The translations under genes were made by a program, and so were the position numbers. Below the pieces are notes generated by a model that searched no databases, was not told where the DNA came from, and saw only the letters and a program-made list of their open reading frames with translations. Positions 7,590-17,346 of a stretch of DNA of 34,266 bases are shown piece by piece (position 1 is the stretch's first letter; each line of letters opens with the position of its first letter). Origin of the DNA: Candidatus Pacearchaeota archaeon (GTDB lineage: Archaea > Nanobdellota > Nanobdellia > Pacearchaeales > GW2011-AR1); NCBI GenBank assembly GCA_038886595.1, contig JAWALV010000001.1:1-34266 (forward strand), written 5' to 3'.

Positions 7590-9108
7590 AGTATACTTAT
7601 TTCTTTTTGTTTTTGTATTTTCTTGTATATCTATTTTTTCACTTCCTCCTCTCTTTTTAGAAAAAGGCGTCATTGTAAATTTTTTAGATAAAAATTCTTC
7701 TTTATACGAACAAGGTTTAAGACCTGGCTCAATAATTATTGAAGTTAATGGTAAAAAGATAAATTCTTTAGAAGAATTTAATATTGAAATTTTTTCTCTA
7801 AATAATTCTAAGATAGAAATTAAGACAAAAGATTCAACAATTGTTGGAATTTTTTCCTATGAAGATTTTAAGAAAGGAACTTTTTCAGATTTACCAAAAA
7901 CAAGAATAAAGACAGGACTAGATATTCAAGGAGGAGCAAGAGCTTTAGTCAAAGCAGATGTTTCTCTTTCAGACCAGCAACTAGATGATTTAATCGCAGT
8001 TTCTCAACAAAGATTTAATGTTTATGGTTTAACAGATGTTTCTATAAGAAAAGTTTCTGATTTCGATGGAAATAATTTTATGCTTGTTGAAATTGCAGGT
8101 TCATCCCCTTCGGATTTAGAAGAATTAATAGCTAAGCAAGGAAAATTTGAAGCAAAAATAGGAAATGAAACTGTTTTTATTGGTGGTAACGAAGACATAA
8201 CTTATGTTGGAAGAACAGGAAAAGATTCTGGGATAAGGGAGTGTTTTAAATCAGGAAATTTGGAAGTTTGTAACTTTGCTTTTTCAATTTCTTTAAGTGA
8301 AAAAGCGGCCGCAAGATTTGCAGAAGTCACAAAAAATTTAGAAATTAATACATCTTCGGGTGGAAGATATTTGTCTAAAACAATCGACTTTTATTTAGAT
8401 GACCAATTGACAGATTCTTTATCTATAGCAGCAGATTTACGCGGAAGAGAGACAACCCAAGTTCAAATTTCTGGTTCAGGTTCTGGAACAACAAGGGAAG
8501 AAGCTTATAAAGAATCAGAAAAACAAATGAAAAAGCTTCAAACAGTTTTGATTACAGGAAGTTTGCCTTTTAAGTTAGAAATTGTAAAAATAGACAGAAT
8601 CTCTCCTCGTTTAGGAAATGATTTTTTGAAGCAGATATTAATTGCAGGTTTTTTTGCTTTTTTAGCTGTTGGAATAATTGTTTTTGTTAAATATAGGAAT
8701 ATAAAATCTTCTATTTTAGTTATTTTCTTTCTTTTGGCAGAAATAATTATTATTTTAGGAGTTGCCGCTTTAATTAATTGGAATTTAGATTTACCTTCGA
8801 TAGCAGGAATATTAGCTACTATAGGTACAGGCGTTGACGCGATGATAGTTATTTTAGACGAAGCTAAAATTAGAGAAGAGACTATTAAAGAAAAAATTAA
8901 AAAGGCTCTTTTTATAATTATAAGTTCTTTTTCTACAACAGCGGTCGCTTTACTTCCTTTAACAGGTGCTTTATCTTTTATAGGAATAGGTGCTGTTTCC
9001 GCAGGTTTATTAAAAGGTTTTGCAATTACAACAATTATAGGAATTTCAACAGGAGTTTTGATAACAAGACCTGCTTTTTCTGATTTAGTAAGAAAAATGG
9101 AGGAATAA
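7573..9108 (+). CDS. secD: Protein-export membrane protein SecD with an extra N-terminal PDZ-like segment
   Basis: KTGLDIQGGARALVKA (SecD LGLDLqGG motif), C-terminal 6-TM block with GILATIGTGVDAMIVILDE. I prefer the ATG at 7573 over the TTG at 7561. The PDZ-like stretch is GLRPGSIIIEVNGKKINSLEEF. Confidence 0.88.
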   Translation: MKLTFKVYLFLFVFVFSCISIFSLPPLFLEKGVIVNFLDKNSSLYEQGLRPGSIIIEVNGKKINSLEEFNIEIFSLNNSKIEIKTKDSTIVGIFSYEDFKKGTFSDLPKTRIKTGLDIQGGARALVKADVSLSDQQLDDLIAVSQQRFNVYGLTDVSIRKVSDFDGNNFMLVEIAGSSPSDLEELIAKQGKFEAKIGNETVFIGGNEDITYVGRTGKDSGIRECFKSGNLEVCNFAFSISLSEKAAARFAEVTKNLEINTSSGGRYLSKTIDFYLDDQLTDSLSIAADLRGRETTQVQISGSGSGTTREEAYKESEKQMKKLQTVLITGSLPFKLEIVKIDRISPRLGNDFLKQILIAGFFAFLAVGIIVFVKYRNIKSSILVIFFLLAEIIIILGVAALINWNLDLPSIAGILATIGTGVDAMIVILDEAKIREETIKEKIKKALFIIISSFSTTAVALLPLTGALSFIGIGAVSAGLLKGFAITTIIGISTGVLITRPAFSDLVRKMEE

Positions 9109-9575
9109 TGGATCCTTTATCCCATTTTGTTTTAGGGCTTATCTTTTCTCTAATTTTCTTTTTTATTTTTGAAATTTCTTTTTTTGAATTTTTTATTCTT
9201 TTTTTATCTACTTGGTTCTTTATCGATTTAGACTTGGTTTTTCTTTTTATTTTTAAAGAAAAAAGTATAAATCCTTTAAAGTTTTTTCAGTGGGTAAATA
9301 ATAGAAAAAATTTCTTCTTAAATCTCAAAGAAGAAGAGAGAAGAAGATATATTTATCCTTTTAGACTTTTTCATTCAATAGAACTATTAGTTCTTATTTT
9401 TTTATTTTCTTTTATAAACAATATATTTTTTTATGTTTTATTAGGTTTTATTTTTCATCTGATTTTAGATTGGATAGATCTTTATAAATTAAATTTTGAT
9501 ATTTTTCACAAAGTCAGTTGGTTTTATTATTTGAAAAAACATAAAAAACATAAAAATCATAATTATCTATGTTAG
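9108..9575 (+). CDS. Membrane-bound metal-dependent hydrolase-like protein (DUF457/YdjM-like)
   Basis: MDPLSHFVLGL start, later FRLFHSIE and FHLILDWID His/Asp motifs, and a multi-TM profile. Confidence 0.5.
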   Translation: MDPLSHFVLGLIFSLIFFFIFEISFFEFFILFLSTWFFIDLDLVFLFIFKEKSINPLKFFQWVNNRKNFFLNLKEEERRRYIYPFRLFHSIELLVLIFLFSFINNIFFYVLLGFIFHLILDWIDLYKLNFDIFHKVSWFYYLKKHKKHKNHNYLC

Positions 9576-10903
9576 ACTTATTAAAAACAAGAGTGGTTGG
9601 TATTACTAGAAGAATAATTAATAGAGATTTTTCAGGTAATACGGGAATAGCTATAAAAAATGTAATTTTTCAATTTTTTACCAATGTTGTTTCTAAAGGC
9701 GGAAGTTTAATTTTTACAATAATTCTTGCAAGAATGCTTCTTCCAGAAAACTTCGGTCTTTATACTTTGGCCTTATCAACAATATTAATTTTTGGAGCTT
9801 TTACAGATCTTGGTATTGGCAGTGCTTTAATAAAATATCTCTCTAAAAACGAGAACAATCCAAAGAAAGCAGGAGCTTATGTTTTTTTTATAAGAAACTT
9901 AAAATTAAAATTAACTCTTTTAGTTTCTTCTGTTTTAATTTTATCTTCATATTTTATTGCAAATTTTTATTATAAAAAACCAATTTTTTTAGCCCTCATT
10001 GCAGGTTCTCTTTATATTATTTTTAATAGTTTCTTGGGTTTTGTTATTGGGCTTTTTCAAGCAAGAAACAATTTCAAATATCCTTTCTATAAAGAAATTT
10101 TTTATCAAATAACCCGTTTAATTTTGGTTCCTATAACAGTTATTTTGCTTTTAGATTCTTCTAAAGAAATTCTTTTGGGAGGAATTTTTCTATCACTCTC
10201 TGTTTGTTTTTTTCTTTCAATTTTTTTTCTTTATCCAAGGATTAAAAAGTATGATAAAAATGAGCTTTCAATAAAAGAGAAAAAAGAAGTTATTAATTTC
10301 ATTTTGCCTTTAAGTGCAACAACTTTAACAGGGATTTTTTTCGGAACTATAGATATTATTATGCTAGGTCGATTTGTTGAATCTAGATTTTTAGCTTATT
10401 ATCAGGCATCCTTTGCTTTGCTTGGTGCGGTAGGAGTTTTAATTCCTTTCGCAGCAGCTTTTTTTCCAATATTTGCCAGACTATCTAGAGAGAAGCTTAA
10501 TTTAGCTTTGAAAAAATCTTTAGCAATAACTTTTCTTTTTTCTTTAATTGCAATTTTAGCAACGTTAATTTTAGCCCCATTTGTTGTCAAAATTATTTAT
10601 GGAACGGATTATATTTTAGCTTCAACAATTCTTAAAATACTCTCTGTTCTTTTATTAATTGATTCTTTCAATGCAATTTTTTCAAATTTTTATATTTCTC
10701 AATCAAAAAATAAATTTTTAGCAAAGACGCTTATTTTTTCTACCATTTTAAATATAATTCTTAATTTCTTTTTAATAAAATATTTTTTGCAATTTTCAAT
10801 GTATTACGCAACAATCGGTGCCGCTTTAGCAACAATTTTAAGTAGAGTGTTTTTATTGTCTATATTTTTTATTAAACTCACCTTTTCTATAAATAAAAAA
10901 TAA
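9569..10903 (+). CDS. Wzx-type oligosaccharide/polysaccharide flippase (MOP superfamily)
   Basis: 444 aa with about 12 TM helices. Typical N-terminal ...NVIFQFFTNVVSKGGSLIFTIILARMLLPENFGLYTLALS... of polysaccharide biosynthesis protein family members. Located in a glycosylation cluster. Confidence 0.8.
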   Translation: MLDLLKTRVVGITRRIINRDFSGNTGIAIKNVIFQFFTNVVSKGGSLIFTIILARMLLPENFGLYTLALSTILIFGAFTDLGIGSALIKYLSKNENNPKKAGAYVFFIRNLKLKLTLLVSSVLILSSYFIANFYYKKPIFLALIAGSLYIIFNSFLGFVIGLFQARNNFKYPFYKEIFYQITRLILVPITVILLLDSSKEILLGGIFLSLSVCFFLSIFFLYPRIKKYDKNELSIKEKKEVINFILPLSATTLTGIFFGTIDIIMLGRFVESRFLAYYQASFALLGAVGVLIPFAAAFFPIFARLSREKLNLALKKSLAITFLFSLIAILATLILAPFVVKIIYGTDYILASTILKILSVLLLIDSFNAIFSNFYISQSKNKFLAKTLIFSTILNIILNFFLIKYFLQFSMYYATIGAALATILSRVFLLSIFFIKLTFSINKK

Positions 10904-10952
10904 TCAATTTTTTACAGAAAAATTTAAAAATATTATCTTTTTTAAAGCAAAA

Positions 10953-11267
10953 ATGAAAAAAAATAAAATTGTCGATTTTTTTACTAATGATTACAATTTA
11001 TTCAATTATATTTGTAAAAATTCACAAAAAATAGCTGTCGGCAATACTTCTTATTTTTTTCCTTCTTATGAAGAAGGAGTTAATCATTTTTCTATTTTTT
11101 TCTTAAATTTTAAAGGTCTTGAAAAATTAATTAATAAATCTATTAACTGGTATACTGAATACGAAATAAGAGATTCTTCTAATGGCGATATTTTAAAAGT
11201 TAGGAAATTGTCTAACAATTATTTAGAAATAAACGAGTTCAAAGGAGAAAAATGGTTTTCTGCTTGA
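10953..11267 (+). CDS. Hypothetical protein
   Basis: 104-aa ORF in a gap between cluster genes. No recognisable motif. Confidence 0.4.
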   Translation: MKKNKIVDFFTNDYNLFNYICKNSQKIAVGNTSYFFPSYEEGVNHFSIFFLNFKGLEKLINKSINWYTEYEIRDSSNGDILKVRKLSNNYLEINEFKGEKWFSA

Positions 11268-11298
11268 TTTTTATAAATAAAATTTATTTTAATATCTA

Positions 11299-12288
11299 AT
11301 GAAAAAAGCTTTAGTCTGCGGAGCAGGAGGTTTTATAGGAAGTCATTTAGTTAGAAGATTAAAAAATGAAGGCTACTGGGTAAGGGGTGCAGATTTAAAA
11401 TATCCTGAATTTTCTTCTACTGCTGCCGATGAATTCTTAAAATTAGATTTGAGAGATTTAAAAAATTGTAAAAAATGTTTATCTTTAAAGAACGAAGAAA
11501 AATTTGATGAAGTTTATCAGTTAGCAGCAGATATGGGCGGGGCAGGTTATATTTTTACAGGAGAAAATGATCTGAATGTCATGCATAATTCCGCCCAGAT
11601 TAACTTGAATTTTGCTTATTTGCATGATTTTTATAAGAAAATATTTTATTCATCTTCTGCTTGTATTTATCCTCAAGAGATTCAACAAGACCCTAATAAT
11701 TCTGGTTTGAAGGAAGAGATGGCTTACCCAGCAAATCCTGATTCAGAGTATGGTTGGGAAAAATTATTTAGCGAAAGGCTTTACCTGTCTTTGATGAGAA
11801 ATACAAAGGTTCCTGTGAGAATAGCAAGATTTCATAATATTTTTGGTCCTGAAGGAACATGGGGGGGTGGAAGAGAAAAAGCCCCGGCTGCTCTTTGTAG
11901 GAAAATTGCTTATGCTAAATTAAAAGGAGAAAAAGAAATAGAAATTTGGGGAGATGGCAAACAAACAAGATCTTTTCTTTATATAGACGAATGTTTAGAG
12001 GGGATTAGAAGATTGATGAACTCAGATTTTTCTGGACCTGTAAATATAGGTTCAGATGAAATGATAACAATAAACGATCTTGCCTATTTAATATCCGATA
12101 TTGCAAATTATAAGGTATCTTTAAGACATATACCTGGACCATTAGGTGTTAGGGGAAGAAACTCGGATAATAGTTTAATAAAAAAAGTTTTGGGCTGGGC
12201 ACCATCGAAACCTTTAAGAGAAGGATTAGAAAAAACCTATTTCTGGGTGGAAGAGCAAGTAAGAAAGAAGTATTTTAGCAAGGATTAA
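11299..12288 (+). CDS. gme: GDP-mannose 3,5-epimerase (extended SDR)
   Basis: Long colinear motif matches to plant and bacterial GME: GAGGFIGSH, LAADMGGAGYI, SSACIYP, RFHNIFGPEGTWGGGREKAPAALCRK, WGDGKQTRSFLYIDECLEG, PVNIGSDEMITIN, HIPGPLGVRGRNSDNSLIKKVLGWAP. Confidence 0.88.
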   Translation: MKKALVCGAGGFIGSHLVRRLKNEGYWVRGADLKYPEFSSTAADEFLKLDLRDLKNCKKCLSLKNEEKFDEVYQLAADMGGAGYIFTGENDLNVMHNSAQINLNFAYLHDFYKKIFYSSSACIYPQEIQQDPNNSGLKEEMAYPANPDSEYGWEKLFSERLYLSLMRNTKVPVRIARFHNIFGPEGTWGGGREKAPAALCRKIAYAKLKGEKEIEIWGDGKQTRSFLYIDECLEGIRRLMNSDFSGPVNIGSDEMITINDLAYLISDIANYKVSLRHIPGPLGVRGRNSDNSLIKKVLGWAPSKPLREGLEKTYFWVEEQVRKKYFSKD

Positions 12289-12312
12289 AAATTTAGTTTT
12301 ATTCTTATTTAT

Positions 12313-13044
12313 ATGAATAAAATATTTTTTCTTAATAAAAATATAAAAAAATTAATTTTATTTATTAAGGAAAGCCAGGAAAGAAAAATTTTTGGTTTTT
12401 TAAACCAGCACGATATATATCATATAAAGAATAACAAAACCTTTGAAGAATCTTTATCTCACTATTTTAATATAAATCTTCTCGACGGTTTTTTTCCAGC
12501 TTTTTTTCTTTCTCTAAAAAAACTTAAAAAAGTTTCGAGAGTGCGTGGACCCACCTTTACTAGAGAACTTCTTTCAAACAAAGAACATTCTTCTTCAAAA
12601 AAACATTTTTTTATAGGTTTAGAAAAAGAAGATTTAGTTAAATTAAAAGAAAAATTTTATCATTTAAAAAATTTTGATTGTTATAACCCTCCTTATATAA
12701 AAGATTTTGTTTTTCCTAAAGAAGAAATAGAGAAAATAGCTGAAAAAATAAACAAATTTAAAGCAGACTATGTTTGGGTAGGAATTGCCAGTCCAAAGCA
12801 AAATATTCTTTCTTATCAGCTTTTTAATAAAACAAAAGCGCAATATTTCTTTAATGTTGGAGCAGCAATGGATTTTCTCTTAGGAAAAAAGAAAGAGGCT
12901 CCTTCTTTTGTAAGAAAAATTGGAATGGAATGGTTTTATCGTCTAATTACAGACTTTAAATATTCAAAAATAAAAGTTTGGAGAAGTTTTATCGCTGTTT
13001 TCTATCTTCTTCTTGGAAGGGTAAAAATTGATTTGAGGGATTAA
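12313..13044 (+). CDS. WecG/TagA/CpsF-family glycosyltransferase (GT26)
   Basis: VGIASPKQNIL...NVGAAMDFLLGKKKEAPSFVRKIGMEWFYRLITDF matches the G.PkQE...gvGg.fDf.aG...RAP.w....glEW.yRl signature. Confidence 0.85.
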   Translation: MNKIFFLNKNIKKLILFIKESQERKIFGFLNQHDIYHIKNNKTFEESLSHYFNINLLDGFFPAFFLSLKKLKKVSRVRGPTFTRELLSNKEHSSSKKHFFIGLEKEDLVKLKEKFYHLKNFDCYNPPYIKDFVFPKEEIEKIAEKINKFKADYVWVGIASPKQNILSYQLFNKTKAQYFFNVGAAMDFLLGKKKEAPSFVRKIGMEWFYRLITDFKYSKIKVWRSFIAVFYLLLGRVKIDLRD

Positions 13045-13080
13045 CGAAAGATATATAAATATATAACTTTAGTTAATAAA

Positions 13081-13734
13081 ATGGAAAAAATACCCCTAAG
13101 TCTTAGATTAAAGAGAGAAGCTCATAGAAAGATAGCTTATGTTCAAGATTTAATAGTTAAAGAAGTTTATTCTATTTTTAGCAATGCTGTTTTACACGGG
13201 GGAACTGCTATTTGGAGATGTTACAATGGAAAAAGATTTTCAGAAGATCTTGATTTTTATTTCCTTAAAGATGCAGAAAAAATAGAAAATCTTTTTTCAA
13301 ATCTGAAAAAAATAGGTTTCGACGTAACAAAAAAGAAGATTTCAGAGAAAAGCATTTATTCAGAGCTAATTTTTGAAAGAACCTCTGTTCGTTTAGAAGC
13401 AACATTCCAAAAAGTTAAATCAATTATTTGTGATTACGAGACTATTGATGGAAATATTCTTTCTATTTATAGTTTAACACCTGAAGATTTCATTAAAGAG
13501 AAAATTAAGACTTACTTAAAAAGATTTAAAGTTAGGGATTTGTGGGATATCTTTTTTTTGCTAAAAAATTTAAAAAATCCTAAAGAGATAAAAGAAATCT
13601 CTTTTCTTATTAATAATTTTAAGAAACCACTTGATGAAGAAGAATTAAAAGTTCTTTTACTGGAGGGAATTGTTCCTTCTTCTGAAGAAATGCTTGATTA
13701 CATAAAAAGAAAATGGGAAAACAAATTCATTTAA
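13081..13734 (+). CDS. abiEii: AbiEii-family nucleotidyltransferase (type IV toxin-antitoxin toxin)
   Basis: HGGTAIWRCYNGKRFSEDLDFYF matches the GGTAL...R.SeDlDf motif of AbiEii/DUF1814. C-terminal KVRDLWDIFFL matches the family's R.rDlyDl motif. Confidence 0.8.
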   Translation: MEKIPLSLRLKREAHRKIAYVQDLIVKEVYSIFSNAVLHGGTAIWRCYNGKRFSEDLDFYFLKDAEKIENLFSNLKKIGFDVTKKKISEKSIYSELIFERTSVRLEATFQKVKSIICDYETIDGNILSIYSLTPEDFIKEKIKTYLKRFKVRDLWDIFFLLKNLKNPKEIKEISFLINNFKKPLDEEELKVLLLEGIVPSSEEMLDYIKRKWENKFI

Positions 13735-14306
13735 AAAAAATAGAAGAACTCTTCGATAAAAGCAATGTTGTTGATTTTAAGTCAATAAAAAGAGTTGTCG
13801 GTAATGAAAACTACGCAAAACTTTTAATTCACAATCTTATTAAATCAAAAAAAATTTACAAACTCTCAAAAGGAAGTTATACAAAACATCTAGATTCTTC
13901 ATTGTCTGTTTTTGCTTTTTCTCCTGCTTATTTAGGTTTATATTCTTCTTTAAGTTTTTATGGCATTTGGGAGCAAGAAACAATTCCAGTAATAATAACT
14001 ACAAAAAAAATCCGAAGAGGTTTAAGAAATATTTTAGGTTCGAATGTTTTAATCAAAAATATAGACAAAAAGTATTTTTTTGGCTTTGATTTAAAAAAAG
14101 AAGGAAATTTTTATTTGCCCTACTCTGACTTAGAAAAAACTTTTATTGATTTTGTGTTCTACAACATAAATTTAAGTGAAGAAATTGTTTCAAATCTAAG
14201 AAGGAAAATTGATAAAAGTAAACTGCTGAAATATCTAAAAGTGTATCCTCAAAGAATTAAAAATAAGGTTTCCTCTCTTCTCTTTGGAAAGCAAAGTTTG
14301 ATTTAA
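13713..14306 (+). CDS. abiEi: AbiEi-like antitoxin/transcriptional regulator (wHTH plus C-terminal domain)
   Basis: N-terminal ...DFKSIKRVVGNENYAKLLIHNLIKSKKIYKLSKGSYTK matches the AbiEi l.rL.k.G.i.rl.rG.Y pattern. Then AYLGLYSSLSFYGIWEQETIPVIITT. Overlaps abiEii by 22 nt. Confidence 0.65.
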   Translation: MGKQIHLKKIEELFDKSNVVDFKSIKRVVGNENYAKLLIHNLIKSKKIYKLSKGSYTKHLDSSLSVFAFSPAYLGLYSSLSFYGIWEQETIPVIITTKKIRRGLRNILGSNVLIKNIDKKYFFGFDLKKEGNFYLPYSDLEKTFIDFVFYNINLSEEIVSNLRRKIDKSKLLKYLKVYPQRIKNKVSSLLFGKQSLI

Positions 14307-14352
14307 AGAATTAAAAGGAAAGGTTTTTATTTGTTAGTATGCTTCTGATTTT

Positions 14353-15453
14353 ATGAAGAAGGTTTTGTTTTTAAGTCCGCTGCCGCCACCATATTATGGA
14401 AGTGCATTATCTAGCAAAGATTGTTTGGAAATATTAAGAAGATCAAAAAAGTTTATAGTTGAAAACATAAAATTAAATTACTCTTATGAAATGAACGATG
14501 TTGGTAAAGTTAATCTTACAAAAATTAAAGGTTTTTTTTCCGTATTTGGATATATTAAGAAAAAAATTAAAGAATTTAAACCTGATTTTGTTTATTTTGT
14601 ACCTGCTACAAATGGCTTAGGTTTGATCAGAGATTTTTTATTTATAAAAGAAATAAAGAGACTCGGCATACCTATTTTATTTCACGTTAGAAGCAGGATT
14701 ATTAAAAATAAACTGAATAATCTTTTTTATAAAAATATGTTTTATCGTGAAAAAGCAATTATTTTAGGAGAATCCTTAAGAGAAGATGTTTCAGAATACT
14801 TATCTCATAAAGATATTTTTATTCTTCCAAACGCAATTAAAAATGAGTTAAGCGATGAGGAGTTAAAAATAATTTTGGAGAAAAGAAGACATCAAAAAAA
14901 ATTTAATATTCTTTTTTTATCTAATATGGAGAGAACAAAAGGTTGGCCAAAATTATTGGAAGCCTCTAAAATTCTTAAAGATAAAAAATTTCTTTTTAAT
15001 TTTTTCTTTGCAGGTTCATGGCAGAACAAGAAAGATAAACTTTTCTTTTTTGATTACTTAGACAAAAACAATCTCCGCGATAGTGTTTTTTACCTTGGTC
15101 AAATTAAACCAGAAGAAAAAAAAGAAATTTTTTCCAAGTCTCATCTTTTGGTTTTTCCAACAGAGTATTCTCTTGAAACTTTCGGAAGAGTAATAATCGA
15201 AGCAATGATGTATGGCCTCCCGGTTATTGCTAATTCTATTGCTACAATACCTTCTATACTAGAGGATAAAAAAACAGGGTTTCTTCTTAATAATAATACA
15301 CCCCAAGAAATCTCAGAAAAAATAGAATTTCTTTTAAAAAATAGGGAACTATCCGAAAAAATAGGTATTGCAGGAAGAGAAGTATTTCTTAAGAAATTTG
15401 AAATAAAAAATTTTGAAAAAAATTTTTTAATGATTTTAAAAAATGCTTTTTAG
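14353..15453 (+). CDS. Glycosyltransferase family 4 (GT-B, Glycos_transf_1)
   Basis: FPTEYSLETFGRVIIEAMMYGLPVIANSIATIPSILEDKKTGFLL (E-x7-E region). Confidence 0.85.
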   Translation: MKKVLFLSPLPPPYYGSALSSKDCLEILRRSKKFIVENIKLNYSYEMNDVGKVNLTKIKGFFSVFGYIKKKIKEFKPDFVYFVPATNGLGLIRDFLFIKEIKRLGIPILFHVRSRIIKNKLNNLFYKNMFYREKAIILGESLREDVSEYLSHKDIFILPNAIKNELSDEELKIILEKRRHQKKFNILFLSNMERTKGWPKLLEASKILKDKKFLFNFFFAGSWQNKKDKLFFFDYLDKNNLRDSVFYLGQIKPEEKKEIFSKSHLLVFPTEYSLETFGRVIIEAMMYGLPVIANSIATIPSILEDKKTGFLLNNNTPQEISEKIEFLLKNRELSEKIGIAGREVFLKKFEIKNFEKNFLMILKNAF

Positions 15454-17255
15454 TTTAACCAATATTTTTTCCATTTGTAAAAAAAGTATAATCTTATTTT
15501 ATAATTACTAGAAATAAAGTCATCTTTTTCTATCATTTTTTTATAAAAGTTTAACCATTTCTGATCAATAATTTTGGTTTTTTCAAGTTCCATTATAATT
15601 TTTTTTAATTCTTCCTTATAATTTTTTTTGTTAATCCATTTATTTATAGGAGGGGTAAAGCCAGTTTTTTTTCTTTTTATTATTTGTTTAGGTAAATCTT
15701 TTTTTATTATTTCTCTAAATAAGATTTTATCTCTAAAAAACGAGCATTTCCATTTTGTAGGTATTTTCATAGAAAGTTCAATTAAACGATAATCAAGAAA
15801 AGGACATCTTACTTCTAAAGCATTTGCCATTGAAGCTCTATCAACTTTTAACAAAAAATTTTCAGGCAAAGTATAAAAATAAATGTCCATTAGCCTTATT
15901 GCTTCCTGAAGATTGCCTTTTGTTTTCTTTAGACATTCAGATAGTTTTTCTTTTAGAACTTTTTTAGCTATTTCTGGCTTATAAATCTCTTTTCTTGCTT
16001 CAGAGTAGATTCTATCTTCCTTCAAAAAACTCAAATTTATAGCTTCTTTTATTCTTTTTATAGGAAAATAAAAAAGAAACTTTCTAAAAACAAGAGGTAT
16101 CTTTTTTAAGAGGGAAATTATCTCCGCATATCTATATCTCGGATATCCTCCGAATATTTCGTCTCCCCCGTCACCAGATAACGAGACAGTTAAACCTTTT
16201 TTGGTAAATTCGCTCAAAAAAAAGGTTGGAAACATAGAAGGATCAGAAAAAGGCTCATCATAAAAATAGAAAATTTTTTTTATTATTTTTTTAAAATCTT
16301 CTTCTCTAAAATATTTATGATGATGTTTTGTTTTAATATAATCTTTAAAGATATTTATGTATTTTGTCTCATCAAACTTTCCTTCAAATCCAATAGAGTA
16401 AGTATTCAAATTTTCTTTTTTTATAAATTTAGACATTTTTTTAATAATCGTAGAGCTATCTAGACCACCAGAAAGGAAAGCACCAAGGGGAACATCAGCT
16501 ATAAGTCTTATTTTTATAGCATCTTCTATAGTAGTTTCTATTTTTTTCTTTAGATATTCCTTGTTATAGACGGGTTCGTATTCAGGCCAGTCATAATAAT
16601 AATATTTTTTGATTTTATTCCCTTTCAAATAAAAAATTAAATTTTGCCTAGCATCTAATTTAAAAATTTTTTTATAAATCGTCCATGGAGCAGGTATAAA
16701 ACCCAAAGAAAAATATAGATCAATAGAATTTTTGTCAATTTCTTTTTTTATATTTTTTTGTAGTATTCCTTTTATTTCCGAACTAAATATAAAATTTTTT
16801 CCATCAAAATAATAATGTAAAGGCTTTTTCCCCACCCTATCTCTGCTTAAAAATAAGATTTTTTTTTGAGGGTCATAAATACAAAAAGCCCACATTCCAT
16901 TAAATTTATTTACGCAATCAAAACCCCATTCAAAATAGCTAGCTAGTATTACTTCTGTGTCTGTTTTGCTTTTAAAAATGTAACCTTTTTTTATAAGCTC
17001 TTCTCTTATCTCCTGAAAATTATAGATTTCTCCATTAAAAACTATAACAGCCTTTTTTTCTTTATGAAAATAAGTCATTGGTTGTTTACCATTCTCACTT
17101 AAATCTATAATCGCCAATCTTCTATGCCCTAAGGAAACCCCATTTCTTTCATCAAAATAAACCCCTTCTCCATCCGGCCCCCTATGTTTTAAAGAATCAT
17201 TCATTTTTTTTATTAATTTTCTATCAACAAAATTAATTCCATTTATTCCGCACAT
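15450..17255 (-). CDS. asnB: Asparagine synthase (glutamine-hydrolysing) family amidotransferase, probably a sugar amidotransferase
   Basis: MCGINGI N-terminal Cys nucleophile, GHRRLAIIDLS, PP-loop motif FLSGGLDSS, LSGDGGDEIFGGY. Sits inside the glycan cluster. Confidence 0.88.
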   Translation of the reverse strand: MCGINGINFVDRKLIKKMNDSLKHRGPDGEGVYFDERNGVSLGHRRLAIIDLSENGKQPMTYFHKEKKAVIVFNGEIYNFQEIREELIKKGYIFKSKTDTEVILASYFEWGFDCVNKFNGMWAFCIYDPQKKILFLSRDRVGKKPLHYYFDGKNFIFSSEIKGILQKNIKKEIDKNSIDLYFSLGFIPAPWTIYKKIFKLDARQNLIFYLKGNKIKKYYYYDWPEYEPVYNKEYLKKKIETTIEDAIKIRLIADVPLGAFLSGGLDSSTIIKKMSKFIKKENLNTYSIGFEGKFDETKYINIFKDYIKTKHHHKYFREEDFKKIIKKIFYFYDEPFSDPSMFPTFFLSEFTKKGLTVSLSGDGGDEIFGGYPRYRYAEIISLLKKIPLVFRKFLFYFPIKRIKEAINLSFLKEDRIYSEARKEIYKPEIAKKVLKEKLSECLKKTKGNLQEAIRLMDIYFYTLPENFLLKVDRASMANALEVRCPFLDYRLIELSMKIPTKWKCSFFRDKILFREIIKKDLPKQIIKRKKTGFTPPINKWINKKNYKEELKKIIMELEKTKIIDQKWLNFYKKMIEKDDFISSNYKIRLYFFYKWKKYWLN

Positions 17256-17346
17256 TTTTTATATAATCTTTCAAATGCTTTTAATACGTCTTTTACCTCT
17301 CTTAATTTTCTGTATAAATTATATTAAATAACTCTTTTTTAACATT

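Noticed and set aside
10402-10590. Track ORF 10402..10590(-)
   Set aside because: It is antisense inside the flippase gene. The Ala/Lys-rich translation mirrors the sense-strand hydrophobic codons.
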